Notes under the pieces: generated by a model
Seen by the model: the letters and a program-made list of their open reading frames with translations, nothing else
The model's database searches: none
Told to the model about the DNA's origin: nothing
Part shown: piece by piece, positions 15,101 through 28,400 of the stretch
Layout: each line of letters opens with the position of its first letter
How positions within the stretch are numbered: position 1 is the first letter of the stretch
Program-made: the position numbers and the translations under genes
Source: Bugula neritina
Taxonomy: Eukaryota; Animalia; Bryozoa
DNA: 64,000 nt
Assembly: GCA_964035545.1 (NCBI GenBank)
Contig: OZ037765.1
Location: 25,047,504-25,111,503, forward strand
Direction of reading: 5' to 3'

Positions 15101-17521
15101 TGCTGAGTGCGGAATGCTTGCTCTATCACCCATTTCCATTCAGTTTTATAGGGTGTAATAACTATACCAATAGGCTTAGCTTCACTTAACACCCTTTATT
15201 CTATAACCAGAATGCAGCACCCAGTTTCACTTATATATAAAATTATCTTGGTAAATGAGTTCTACACACAATATTTTATTGTTTTTGGTTGCTAAAACAA
15301 AGCAGATTTTGAGGATGTAGAGAACTTTCTAAGAATCTACCATTAAATTCTTAAAGCTAAGATTCCTTCAATAGATTTGGTTTTATTGGCTTTGTCTTGA
15401 TTTCTTTGTTAGTCACCTTTGTGGGTGTGGTTGGTATTTTAGATTGATTCATTTAGTCCCATTTAAACAAAGGCACCTCATTAGTTGCTCTCTTTTATAC
15501 TATTTGTTATGAAGTAACTAAGATTAAATAATTCAAATACTTGTTATTCATTAAAAATTAAATTTTGATCACTAATAGCTTAAATTAGTTTGTTTTACTA
15601 TATTGGCACAAGAACATATGAATATTAGTTATTGTATGCTTATAATTTCCTAAAAAGTCTCATGCCTACTCGGGAGGCTTTGCATACATTTTATAATTAT
15701 GTCTGTATAAAAAGAACTGGTCGTTAGGCATGTGCTAGATAGCAAGGTATAATAATTATAGGCTACATTCTTTACATCTTATGCTAATCAAACTAGCATT
15801 AAGTTTTGTATTACAATTTACAATAAACATTGTTGGAAAGACTATAAATCAGTATTAAGTGGGGAAACACCCATTCTAACTATCTACACTGTGATCTTCT
15901 CACCAAGCTGCACCTGGCCAGAGCTTACGTGGCCTTCTAAATCCTGGCTGGAGGAAGCATACAGGTAGAAGCTGCTCCAATCACATTCTTTTTTGACACG
16001 CCTTCTTGTTACGTCCTATAATTTATTCTAATGCAATTCTCTCTTCTACCATTTTACTGGTGGGTCTCCAATTCTGGGCGTATAAGTAGAAGTGTTGAGT
16101 GACTAATCTATGTTAAGCCTGCCTGGTAAACCACATAAATTAACCAATCTCACCATTAAGACTTTAAATATAAAAAATGTTGTTGAAGATAGACTGACTG
16201 TCTTAATCTCTTAAAGACTGTATTCCAGACTAGTAATGAGACTGGTATAAAGTCCTAAGCATATTTTACACTTGAATTTTCACCCTGAGGAATCTTACTC
16301 TTAGTCTAGTAATATTCTTCAGAATGCAAGACCAAGTGGTAGAAGTGCCCTGGGGGTTGTGACGAAATGAATAAATAGTTGCAAATGATCAACCATTCAA
16401 TCAGATTAAAGCAAAATTTTTAACTTCTAAAGTTACAAAATTGATATCATTCACCATGTATAATATCAATTTTTTGAAATATACAAAAAGCATATTTTTA
16501 TGTTTTCTATGATGAAACATTAGCTAGTGGCAAAGATACATTGGTTTTTATTCTATAAAACTTTCATAAAATAGCTAATTAACTATAATTTTTATTTATA
16601 CTACTTGTTAGTGTTTTATGTTAACTTTATATATTTTTAGCTTCCAGAACATAGTAGGCCGTATAACTCAGGGCAGCCTGTTCCTCAGCCTCGAGTTCCA
16701 TCTAGAAGTTATTCTCGTAATCAGTATGCTGGTGAGGACAGCGGTTCTATGGTGAATCAGCAGCAGCACACCATGCCATCTGCTGGAGATAGAGTTGATG
16801 TATACAGGTCAAATATCAGACCTTACACACCTACCTCCAGATATCCTCGTTCTCAGGTTGAATATTCTGTTTACAATAATTTTATACTAGGTGGACTAAA
16901 TTTGAACTCTATAGTTAAATCAGTAAAGAGTCAACACACTGCTATGTAAAATGCTTAACTAGAAAAGTTCACTCTGTAAACAATTCTTAGTCCCTAGTTC
17001 TTACAAGTCTTTATTCTTAAGCAGGCTTTGACCTAATTATTCTCAATACCTTTTAAAGAAAGGTAAACATGTTGAAAATCAATATCATACTGGTTCTGCT
17101 TAGTTCAGCTATACTGAATCATAAACAGATAAACATGTTTACTTTGTAATAGAATGAGGAAAAAGCTAATCATCAGGATATAATATGTGGTTCTAGTACT
17201 GCATTTTCAAATTTAACTCGAAATCCTGAAAAACTTCACCTCGATGTTATTTATATGCAGCCAATTAATAAAAACTGCCATATATTGATTTCTGCAGAAA
17301 ATTAATTATAGTTTGGCTATTGATATGCATTTTAGTTAAACCTGTTCTCTGTTGGATACCAATTGCCAGTTCAAAGATGTTAAAGCAGGCAACAGAATAA
17401 AAAATGGCTTTCATATTAAAAATAATTGTTTTTTATTTATTTACAGCAATATGGTATGAACGGTGCCAGCAACTATAGAGCAAATGGTCCTGCACCAGCA
17501 ATCAGACCCACTGTCATATAG
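148..17521 (+). CDS. NCAM: NCAM/Fasciclin II/apCAM-like cell adhesion molecule (5 Ig + 2 FN3 + TM + cytoplasmic tail); 5'-partial, about 940 aa in window
   Basis: Phase-consistent GT-AG exons: 148-310 (alternative donor 367), 459-595, 924-1058, 2404-2544, 2932-3044, 3198-3381, 3560-3717, 4253-4436, 5012-5235, 5378-5669, 5916-6044, 6617-6744, 8097-8262, 11677-11899, 14840-14996, 16641-16856, 17447-17521. Each Ig is split over two exons. Ig motifs DTGTYNC, DNGTYEC, DEKWYWC, DTANYTC. FN3 motifs LKSGSSYSVLVYARN and LQPDTTYEVMVQARN. The TM/juxtamembrane segment LVAIDMICFCSRDWGLLACIC resembles NCAM VVDITCYFLNKCGLFMCI. Ends ...IRPTVI*. Confidence 0.9.
13500..13700 (-). mobile_element. Possible highly decayed RTE-type LINE 3' fragment
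   Basis: GC-richer intronic patch whose minus strand gives ELKLTHSI* and KPTGEGKRSR. These resemble the RLxxAGHxxR and WxPxxGxRxRGRP motifs at RTE ORF ends. Multiple stops and frameshifts. Confidence 0.3.
15900..16080 (-). mobile_element. Possible highly decayed RTE-type LINE 3' fragment
   Basis: Minus strand reads RIALE*IIGRNKKACQKRM*LE, loosely like the LxGKIEGxRxRGRQRxRWLD motif at RTE ORF ends. Confidence 0.25.
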
Positions 17522-17964
17522 AGTTACCCATCACAAATACTCTTCCTGTCTACTGATAAAACTAGAACCTAGACCACTGATATGCATTAACACTATTTAT
17601 ATACATGTAGTCACGCTCATATACTGTAAAATTATTGTCTAATTGTATTTTTTGCTGTGTATTTAGTGGGGCAATAGTGATTTTGCTTATTTTAAAATAT
17701 GTAAATATAGAAAATTATAGTCATAGATATAATTATAACATAAGTTTATCAAACAAGCAAATGTTTCTATTTTATTTAATTTTTTAAACAAAATACAACT
17801 TTTTCAAAACAAAACAGTCTCCAGTTCAGTTGACTAAAGGAGATTTTCATCATAAAATACCAATTGAAATTGAATACAAAAATAAATTATAACATATGTA
17901 TTGATAGCCCAAGGCAATTTACAAATTCAATTGCAATAAACTATTTTTACAAAATAACAGAACA

Positions 17965-19451
17965 TTAAGCATTACTGTACAGGGCGAACTTAGGGTGTGT
18001 CTCATTAATGCTGCAGGGTACCAAATGATCATGGGCTTTATTAGCAGCTACTCGAGCATTTGTCACTACATATGTAGACTGAGTAATCTTAAGCCATGGG
18101 TGTTGTAGGGTTTCATCAGCAGTGAGCCGATCATAGGCATCTCTCCGTAACAAATTACGTATAAGACACTTGGCTTTGGTCGACAAGTAGTTTGGAATGC
18201 TGAAGTGGCCACGCTTGATCTTCTCAAACAGTTTAGTAGGGTCAGTTTCTTGAAACGGGTATCTTCCTATTAACATAGTGTATAGCATAACCCCAGAACT
18301 CCATTGATCAGACATTTTTCCAGAATATCCAGATTGAGCTCGTTCTAATATTTCAGGACTAACGTAGGCTGGGCAGCCCTGTTTATCACGAAGAGTGTCG
18401 TCTTCATCTTCCAATAGATGACTATCTTCTAAACCTTCTAACTGAATCCTTGTTCTATAGTTACAAATAACCATCATTAATGCTTGCATGAGCACAATAA
18501 CATCGTGGGATGATGCAATGCTATAAATAGGTATAGTGTAATCAATAGAAGGCAAGCAATGCAGTAAATATTGCACAATCGTGACGCAGTCAGTGAACTT
18601 GGCATGCTAATAATTATATAACACTTGAATAGTTGTCTGAAATGAATAGGTCATAAACACTTTTGTATTTTATATAATATTTACCAACCTTTCTGGATTT
18701 GTGAAGACAAATTTTCGTAGCTTGAGATCTCTTATTACTACACCATATTCATGGCACTGTGCAACTGACTCGGCTATCTGTTTGAACAATGCTACTGCCT
18801 CCTCTTCCTTCAAACGTTTCTTTCGTCTAACATATGAATGTAGATCTCCATAGTTCTTGTCAAAGAACACATACACGAATTTATCTCCTTGTATGATTTC
18901 GTGGATCTTGACAACTGATGTATTTTCATAAAGGCGGCAGTAGGCAGCTATTTTAGCTCGATAATTATCTTGTGTAAATACCTGAAACATCATACCATGA
19001 TAGCATTAAATAAAACTAGTAACTAGTAGCACTAGAAAAAAAAACAAAAAACTGAACCATAAATATCATCAGCAAATAAAAACAACATCTAGGGGCTTAC
19101 TTTGCATATTTTTTCTTGATTTGTATGAATATTAACAGCTTTGTACACATGATTATTCATCAATTGTTCAACAAGTAGGTAGGTGCCTATTTGTAAAATT
19201 CCTTCTTGTGCATCATTAATAACCGGAGGTGTGTTTGGTTGTAACTCCGGGCTTAGGCCTCCAGAAATAGGAGGTGTTGTAGGGGGTGAATAGATTCGGT
19301 CTGATGCAGTATATATCTGCTCTGGAGTATAGAGTTCTGAAGTAGGGGAACTTGTTTCGTACTGTTCCTCATCTTTACTATGGCGAGGCGGTATTATAAC
19401 TGTGGGTGTAGGTCCATTCAAGGATCGGCGTCGAGAGGTGAGGCTTGTCAT
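17965..19451 (-). CDS. TRIB: Tribbles family pseudokinase, about 377 aa
   Basis: Exons 19451-19101, 18981-18689, 18454-17965 (phase 0, then 2). Diagnostic motifs IRDLKLRKFVF, LEGLED in place of DFG, DKQGCPAYVSPE, QHPWL (MEK-binding-like) and DHLVP (COP1-binding-like). Pro/Ser/Thr-rich N-terminus. Probable non-coding first exon with its donor at 20310/20309 and acceptor near 19543. Confidence 0.95.
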
Positions 19452-20152
19452 GGTATAATGAGATATGGTGAGGGTAAACGGGTTAGGTTAAGCCAACTCC
19501 TTACTTCTATCCATTGTATTCTTTATTAAAATGGTAAGGCTCTGTAAAACAAAGGCCTATAAATTAATGAGTAATCAATGCAAACTGACAGATGATTCAA
19601 AATTAGTGGTTGGTTGGGCAAGAGTGGGGATTTGTAAAACATAAGGGCTTGGTGGGACTTAGAAATCTGTATTGAATACTACTAGCAAGATGACTGAAAT
19701 TTAGTTTTTGAACTTGATCATGATGTATTTCACTCTTTTCCCAGTTCAAAAATGACAGGCAATATCAGTTTCTCAAATTACAGGGAAGTTTAATATCAAA
19801 ATAGCATTATATAAAATAGCTAGATTGACACAATAAGTACCTGCTCATACTCATAGTTACCGAATTGCAACAACAACAAAATTATGGATGACTGAAGAAA
19901 TCAAATGTTGTCAAGTAGCATAAATGATAAAATCTCTAACAGTAGCAAAACCCTAAAAAGAACTACAGCTTATTGAATTTGATATCATATAATTATATGT
20001 TAAATATGTTTTAGTTGTGGCTGAGCCTGATAAGTAAATCAAAATAGTTACAAAGAATTAAACTAAAATAGAATCTCGATACTCCAACTTAGCATCTATT
20101 CAAATTTCCTTTTGTCAAAATGATAATTATAATATTAAACTTAATTGCATCA
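18511..20152. promoter_or_regulatory. Intronic C/EBP-ATF composite (CARE/AARE) and C/EBP sites in Tribbles
   Basis: TGATGCAAT at 18511-18519 and ATTGCACAAT at 18570-18579 in the 234-nt last intron. ATTGCATCA at 20144-20152 in the 5'UTR intron. Confidence 0.5.
19488..19514 (-). other. uORF MDRSKELA* in the Tribbles 5' leader
   Basis: Strong context acaATGg. In frame with the main ATG, with its stop 36 nt upstream, and in the same exon. Confidence 0.6.
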
Positions 20153-20717
20153 GTCTAACTTTATGATTAATCTTGGAGTCTTTGACTATTGCTATTGGAA
20201 TTTCTAGAAGTAGAAGAACAAAGTATAAATATAACTATAACACTAACAGTATAATAATAAGATTAAAACAAACTAAAACTTAAAAATCAAGTGTAAAAAA
20301 TGATCTCACCTTCAAGTTCTAACTTTTTAAGGCTTTAAATCTTGAAGGAATCCAATATGAAAATGATGTATTCGCTGTGAGTGTGATGAAAATTTTAAGT
20401 GAAATTCAAAATTCAAGGTTTGAGAATTAATATAAATTTGAGTCGAAGCTGTAGTACTAGTACTGGGTCTACTTCTAGTGACTTCAGACTCTGAGTCTGT
20501 TGACGGGTTAAAGTTGATTAAGTTTTACGGTTACTGTGTTAGTTTTACGATGTTTTGTTATTGTGGCAAAGACACGAGCTTGTTCAGAGTTTTAAGGCAG
20601 GCTCCGGCCAACAAAACAAAGCTACTAACACTCCATGATGGTGATAAATAAGTGTGAGGCACAATCACTATCCGAATATGATTATCGACATAGATGTTGG
20701 CTATGATTTCATTTTGT

Positions 20718-20764
20718 ATTGTGCAATAGCATTGCGAAATCGATGTAAGTATCGTTGCGCCAAT
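20718..20764. promoter_or_regulatory. Cluster of C/EBP-type sites upstream of Tribbles
   Basis: ATTGTGCAAT at 20718-20727, ATTGCGAAAT at 20731-20740 and GTTGCGCCAAT at 20754-20764, within a locally CpG-rich patch just 5' of the putative non-coding exon 1. Confidence 0.55.
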
Positions 20765-22458
20765 GGGTCGCAACTCAAATAATGACGGATCGCTTGATTC
20801 AATTGGGCCATAACAACAACATATCACAAATTATTTTTTTTTTAAATTAAATTATCACAACTGTAGGTATTTAAAAAAGCAAATTGTTTTGCTCTAATCT
20901 TTATACGGACAGCTTTTGCTGAGTACTTTTGCAACAATGCAATTGCGGATTCTTTTTAAGTAGTCGTGCTGATTAGTGGAGCAGACAACTACTATAGTAA
21001 TAATGGCCCACTAATTTGAATTATAACGCGTTCGCTCTACCCATTGATTCAGTGGCTCTAACATTATGGCCAATGAATAATCCAATGATTTGTACCTTTG
21101 CAATTAATGTGAGTTATCTTCCCTAAAAAGTAGGTTGTGCAAAAAACATTTGTATAATATATTATTATTATGATAGTAAAATGTATTGCTTCACACTGAA
21201 GTTAACTGCTACGATTTTAATTTAACATAGGAAAATGTAAATTTGACAGTATGAAAACCCTTGCTGATTTTTTAGTGGTAGTTTATGGATGATGTTGAAT
21301 GGCTATACCCTGCAACAACTTAATAATGTTGCTGCCTGTAATCATAATCCTAATTTTCGCAATAGTATATTTTTGCACACAAAGCCTTTTTGAGATGTGA
21401 GCATGGAGCAATATATTTTGTAATAAGTTAAGTGAAATTGTACTATGATAACTTTGCATGGCACGAGCTATTGAGTTTCCCTTTTGTCTTCTCACTGAAC
21501 ATAGAAGAAATTAAGTATTTACCTGATTATGCTTTATCACCATCCTTCAAAATTCGCATCAAATAAAATGTTAAAAAAACCAGTTAATCCTATGTTGCAT
21601 TGGTCAAACAAACAAACTCCATGCATGTATTTTTGAAATTGACTTGATTATATTAATTTTTCTTAGCATATTTCATGCATCTATTTAAGTGCCTGTGTTA
21701 TTCGCACGCATCAGTATTGCCAGGTGTTAGCTCATTCATATATTGATATGAGTGAGTATCTAAATAGTTATTTTCATCAACGCAGTAAAAATTCATTGGG
21801 TAACAAGGCTTTCGCTGCTGTTGTTTTTGTGAAGGAAACAATTTAACAACTATTTTAGTTATACTGCTTTTAGACCAACATGACAAATGAAGATTTTATT
21901 TATATTGAAAAGTTAAACCAGATTGGTTTAAGGAAATACAGTTAGCTATTTTCAATACAGTGGAGTTCTATGATTTCAAAGAAAGCTTTAAAGTAAATTA
22001 TTTCTTTTTTGGAAATTAAGAGTTTTCTTTTAAGTTTATGGAAAAGAACAGACAACTTTCAAGTAAGACAAGTTGTAAATAAGTAGGTAGAACAATAATT
22101 TAGTGAATTTATTTAATTATATCAAATTTGTAATTAAGTTACTAAAAGTGTGTATACATAATATGCTTTAATTATACTTATACAAAGTACATATGTAATA
22201 TATTATACATAATAAGGAAAGCAATTGTAACTTAAATATCAAGAAAAAATAAACAATATTACAATATAATGAAAATCTGAGAGGCGTAGTAGCAAAGATG
22301 CAGTCTAATGTTCATGTTCTACGAATTTCTACAATAAAATATATTACAATAGCTGAAGCCAACAAATAATACAAGTATTCCTTGATAATTATATAATAGT
22401 GCTCTACATGAGACTGAAGTCTGTACGCTTTAGCTGGTTGTCTTCTAAGATTGAAATC

Positions 22459-25400
22459 TTATTCCTTTGTGTAGGTTCTAATGTAGATAGCATCACCAGC
22501 TGTAGCAGTCTACAATTGTATACGTATAACATGTATAAACATTTACAGTGAATCAACACAGAAATATACACATGGAAGTATCAAGCACTCACATCTACTC
22601 TACATGTTTAATGTACACATGAAATTCTCAAAATAGAAGTCCAGCATTTCAAGCTGTAACAATTTCAGAATATATTATACATATAGTTTATGAAGAAGTT
22701 GAATATATCTATTATAGATAAAGTGCTCCTCTCCCCCAACAAAACTTATAAAGCTCAAAATACATAATAGCTTATTATATCGTGATAATTGGAATGAAAC
22801 TGCATTGAAAGCAGTTCTTTTTTTGTCAGTCACAATAATACAACACATCATAAAATACAACTCAAATCAAAGTTTAGCTTTTTGTAGGCCATCTATAAAT
22901 AAATTATATTTTTTATTAGTAAATATTTCAACTGAACAACAAGAAGTCTTATTTTAAGATTGGTTTATATAAAATTAAATGCATAGAAAACATTGGAGTG
23001 TAGTATGTGAGTCACTAAAAGAATACACACTGCAGTCATGCTCACCAGTAAATCTTATGCTATCTTATCACATACTCTAATGTAATACAAATATGCACAA
23101 ATTTTAATTACACGGTAACTTTTTTGTTTAGATAGATTTTAAAGCAATTTAATTTTTGAAGATTTGAGAATTAATTTATATAGTTTGTATGACACCCCAT
23201 CTGCTCAAAGAAGAGGGGGATTAGGATTAGATGTATGGACAATTACTATTTTCAATTTCCCATCCACCAGTTCTCTCACTAATTTAGATGAAACTTCACC
23301 ATTCAGCATTTGATGCTGGAGAAGCTTTCCATCCTCCATAGTAAATGTTGTCTACAAGTAATACTTGAATTAGAAAAAATTCCAGTATTCAATAACACAG
23401 AGAATGGCTTGCACCTTTCCTTAACTAAAGTTTATATTTTAGGATGAGGTACATATCAGTGTGGATGCTGTTTCCAAAACATAATGGCAGCAAGTACTAA
23501 TGTAGATTTGCATAAAGCAATATTTACATATTGAATGTAATGCTATTAAACCTTACAAAGGCTCGAATATTTAATAAAAGGCTTATTTTCACAAATTAGT
23601 GCAATTTCTTGCATGTTTTCAATTGGACCTCATTGTATCTCCTGATTTAAACTGTACACGTATTGCTGAGGACATAACTCCCGCATCAACTATACTGTAT
23701 TTGAAGATTATAAGCTTACTAAGTGAAAGGAATTTTACAAGCCACCAGCCAGAGTCATTATTGATTTTTGAATAGAAAATCAGCTAAATTTATTTTAAAA
23801 CATTTGGTATGTGCCAAGTTACTTTTACTTTGATAACCATAGAATCTCTAGTTCAAAGCAGTGTTTTTATACTTTACTAACTGCTATTCAGCTATAAGGC
23901 TCATTACTCAGCAGTATAGCAATCAGCAGTTTACACAGATAAGGGATTCTATTAAGACATTTTGATAATGTTATTTGAATAACTTGTAATCTCTAATGAA
24001 TCAGCCACCAATACAGCTGCTCAGATAAAGCAGTTTTATTGATGAAAAGAAAATATGTTAGGACAACTTTTTCAGTTGGTATAGGCTACTAGAAATCGTT
24101 TTAAAAATGAGTGGCCCAATGATATGAATTCCATATACCTATTCTTTTCTACAACGAAATACAAGTATTATAATTGGGATGGTAGCTCCAAAAAGTAAAT
24201 TGTCTCGCATATAAATAGGATAGCTTTTACCTTGACCTTTCGGCCATCAGGCGTATCCTCATCCTGCTCTACATCTAACTTGAATGTGACGGTATGACTT
24301 TTGAATGTGGTGATTGTGCTAACAGTATAAGTGCCATCTTCGTTGTCTTTAACTACTACTGTTGGATTTTGCATTGCTGCGATTTTTCTCAAGGGAAGTG
24401 CAACTCCTGAAAACAAAATGTCAACAACATTTTAGTACTTGAATTAGTGAAAGAAGCATTAACAATAAGCATATCAATTGTTTGACAAATGGTTGCTCAT
24501 GCTTAATTATGGGCAATTTTGGCCTCTAAACGAGCAGTGGATTTGTGGGTGCTGAGGGCAGAGAAAAAGTTAGCTAATCCTGGTAACATGGCAGATAAAG
24601 ATGTTTGATTTTCTTTAGAGTTTAGCTAGTAACAAGTTTTGATATAAACAATTTGCTCCACAACGCCAAGCATATAGATTTTGTTAGTTACTTTCCCTGT
24701 ATTGAAGACTAAGGCTTGAGCTAGTTTGCTGATGTAGTCTCAAGATTGGTTTTAAGCAGCCATCTCTTCTTGATGTTGACCATCAAAAGAAAAAAGGCAT
24801 ACAATTTAGTTATCTTCCTGACTTAAAGGTATTTAGCAAAGTTTTATGGAAAAAAAGGTTGCAAAATCACTTTATAGTGATCGAAGCAAAAAATTACACT
24901 GGTGATGTCAACTACACTCTATAATCATATGGAGTGTACGTACTACGTATACATGTATGATGTAAGTCATATGAATATGAATTATATGTGTCAAGTTGGG
25001 GAATAGGCAGGCTGAACTCGGCTTTGATTCGAAAACAAGCAGGTCTTACTTACTAATATAAATATATATTACATAATACATATTACAAGAATTTCTCAAC
25101 CAAATTTATCTCTCAGCTCTAATAGAGGTTACTAGGATAAGATATTGGAGTTGTTTCCCTTGAGGACTAGTTGGTCAGTCAAGGCTCTGGGAGATTAGTG
25201 TGCAAGCTGGATTATATTATAATTATGACTCAGCCACTGAACAAGGCAGATCTCAGAGGTAGGCGAGGTCAAGATTATGATTGTGACTAGGTTAAGCTAA
25301 ATAACAAATATTAAAATAAACTAGCAACTGCCAACAGTTTTCAACGTGGTGAGGAATGTCTTTTGCTGCCAGTTTTAAAGATAAACACTGTTAGGCAATA

Positions 25401-28400
25401 GTCAATAATATAAATGGCAATTGCCCGAAATATAATATATATTATACTATATATTTCCTAGCAAAAGTGTAAACAACAATATGATATTTATCATATAAAT
25501 AGTAAAAGTTGCTATAGGCTAAAACCAATGACAAGCATACAAGTTCTGAGTAAATCTGCTATATCAGGTATACATGCTTGAGCTGGAGAAATGCCAGGGG
25601 CCAATAACTCACTAATGGCAATTAAATATACTCAATTATCAAAGCCCTGAGTGACCTATTGACCTTTTCGTCTGTTCTATTAAAAGAATTCTAGTTACTG
25701 TCAAGCTGCTACTGCCAAAGGCATATCATTTTTTTTGGCATTTAAAAAATTTAAGATAACAAGCTTTCCAATAAATTATGTTCACACAATGCAATAAACT
25801 TTCTCAACGTGATTTTTATTTGCTATTGCAAAATTTGGGTAGGCTCGACACCGAATAATTAGTTTTCTATGAAATAGAGTCATATGATTAATATTGGTCA
25901 CCAACTTTACTTGTAAGACTGCGTTATCACTGTTGGTCCATGCATTACCAATGTTGTGATTAGCTTAAAGCCTTGGTTTTACAGTGAGTCTAGTGTATGG
26001 AAAGACCGTGATTTATGCTAGCTAGGGCAGCACAGTTTTTCTGCACCGCTAGTTACACCAGTTTGCGTAAATTTACGTGGCAGCCAAAGTTACAGGTTTA
26101 CGCATTTGATTTCAACTAAGATGGCATTAATATTGATTTGTTATTTTTTGGTTATATTGCTTGTTTGAGTTCTAATATCTTATTCAGCAAAATAAGGTTG
26201 TATAGAACAACAATATAAATTATCTTCTAGAATTTAAGTGACTTTTTTATGTAACTTTATAGATACTATTATGCACACTGAATATCACTACAGTAAGCAA
26301 AACAAGTTACCAACTTACAACCAACTTACAAGTTAAAATAGTGTTTCCTGGTTATTTGTGAATGAGAAGTAAATAAAGCAAAAAATAAGTTATTGATTTT
26401 CCATGTAACTATCTCAAAATACTTATTTTTAAACAATTATTTAAAATAAATGTTAATTGAAACATACTGTAGATGCAAATTTTTTGAAAAAAAAAATGGT
26501 GTCATTCTGGTGTCAAATACAGATCTATGCAGCAAGCCGAAGTATCATGCAGAAGTACTTGGCAAAGGGTTTTGAACTACTTAGCTACTTTTATGAAATT
26601 GATACGTACAGACTCTGAAATGTGAGTAGAGTGAAGTAGAATAACATCCTAGCCTAATTTTTATACTAATATGCAGTATCTGCCTGCTGCTATAAAAGTT
26701 TGAAGGCAATTCAGTTTCTTCTTTGCTTCTGTTTTAATATTTTCTAAACTCTGAGTGAATGGAGAGAAATTATGATTGAATTAAATTTTAAATACACGAA
26801 ATGCTGTTGTGAATTTCTACAATTTCAAAATTATAAACAGCACGAAACCTTTAGATTCCGCAAAGGTGCATACTACAGCATTCGATGCAATCATTGAGTA
26901 ATGAAAATTGTTATCATCCATGCAAAAAATTGATTTATATAATGTTATATTGAAAAAAATACATTGCCTGTTTTGTTACGTACTTCTATTCCATTAAGGG
27001 ACTGGTTTTTAGTGACAAAATTACAAATGGACAGATATGTTAGCATTCAAGGAAAAATTAATGTGAAAAACAGCTTAAATTTAGAAAATGCAAGAATGAT
27101 TTATATAGTTTGCAGAGACTAATATTTAGCTAAAAAAAGCAAATATTATACATTATAGGGTAACTAAAATGAAATTCGTTTTAAGCTATAACAAGGGACA
27201 ATAATACATAAGCATAATAATTGTATAGGCAATTTGTCCACGGTTCAAAACAAGACAAGTTTATTGCTATAGCCATCAATTTGTTGTCCAATTACAATTT
27301 TCACTGAAGTAGAAGGCAGCAGAATAAGTGTTAACTCTTGAAAGTACTACAATTACTACTACATATAGCTACTGGCTAACACTCTGCAGGTATTTGTTTC
27401 ACTTTTAACCTCCGATTTCTGTTAAGTAGATCCTACGCCAGCTTAATAATATTTGTATAAATAAAAATATATCGACAAGTGTGTTGTCTAAAAACTGTCA
27501 ACAGTCTCAAGTACTACATTTAATCAAAATAATGCAGTAATTCAACTAAGTTCTAAAGCAGCACATGTTTCTCTCCGAGATAACTTTATTTTAGCTAGAT
27601 ATGATAAGACGAAGCTGCCATCTTTTCATTTTTTGACGATATTATTTTCACTGACATGTTACTCATACTGAACCCAGGGAGCATATTATTGCAAGGATGT
27701 CTACAACCTAAGTAGATAGCTAATCATGATGGAATGTCTGAAATAACATATTGTCTTAGCAACATATTTCCCAACGGCTTGCTTACATTCTGCATATTCT
27801 ATGAGATGCTGGTTGTTGCAAGGGTGCATAGGATGCTCTTATGAGTAGTGTATACATATGGTAGGGTCACTTGTGGAGTTGATAACTTCAAATAGCCTTC
27901 TGAGGTGCAATAGAAACACACAGCAGCAAGCTCATTAAGTTGATTTTGAAAATGTTATGTTGAGTGGCCTGCTCACTGCAAGCACTGCCCAACAACTTGC
28001 ATTCAGCTGCTGTTATTCATCTGTCAGCCAGTTAGCAATAATTCATACTAAATTGTTGTATGACAGCATGTCTGCTACTGATTAGGGTTGTGTAATGTGA
28101 GAATTGATTACAGATAGCAGTAGTGCCTATTATTAGTGCAGCATTAGCTAACTCGAGTTAATATGCTCCAGAGGAGGGATCCTTTGGGACTACCTAATTC
28201 ACTGCTTCCAGTTATCATTGGCCTTTGTTGGAGTTACTCCATGTGCCATCAAACTTATTTATAAACTTGTCCTAATTGGATAATCAGATTTTGCGAAAAT
28301 TAGAATTGTTATAGAATTTACTGCAAGCATATAGTTTTATAACATGCATCAAGCTCATCAGTAAAGGATGATTATAAAAGGTTGGCTCTCATTAGTGCAG

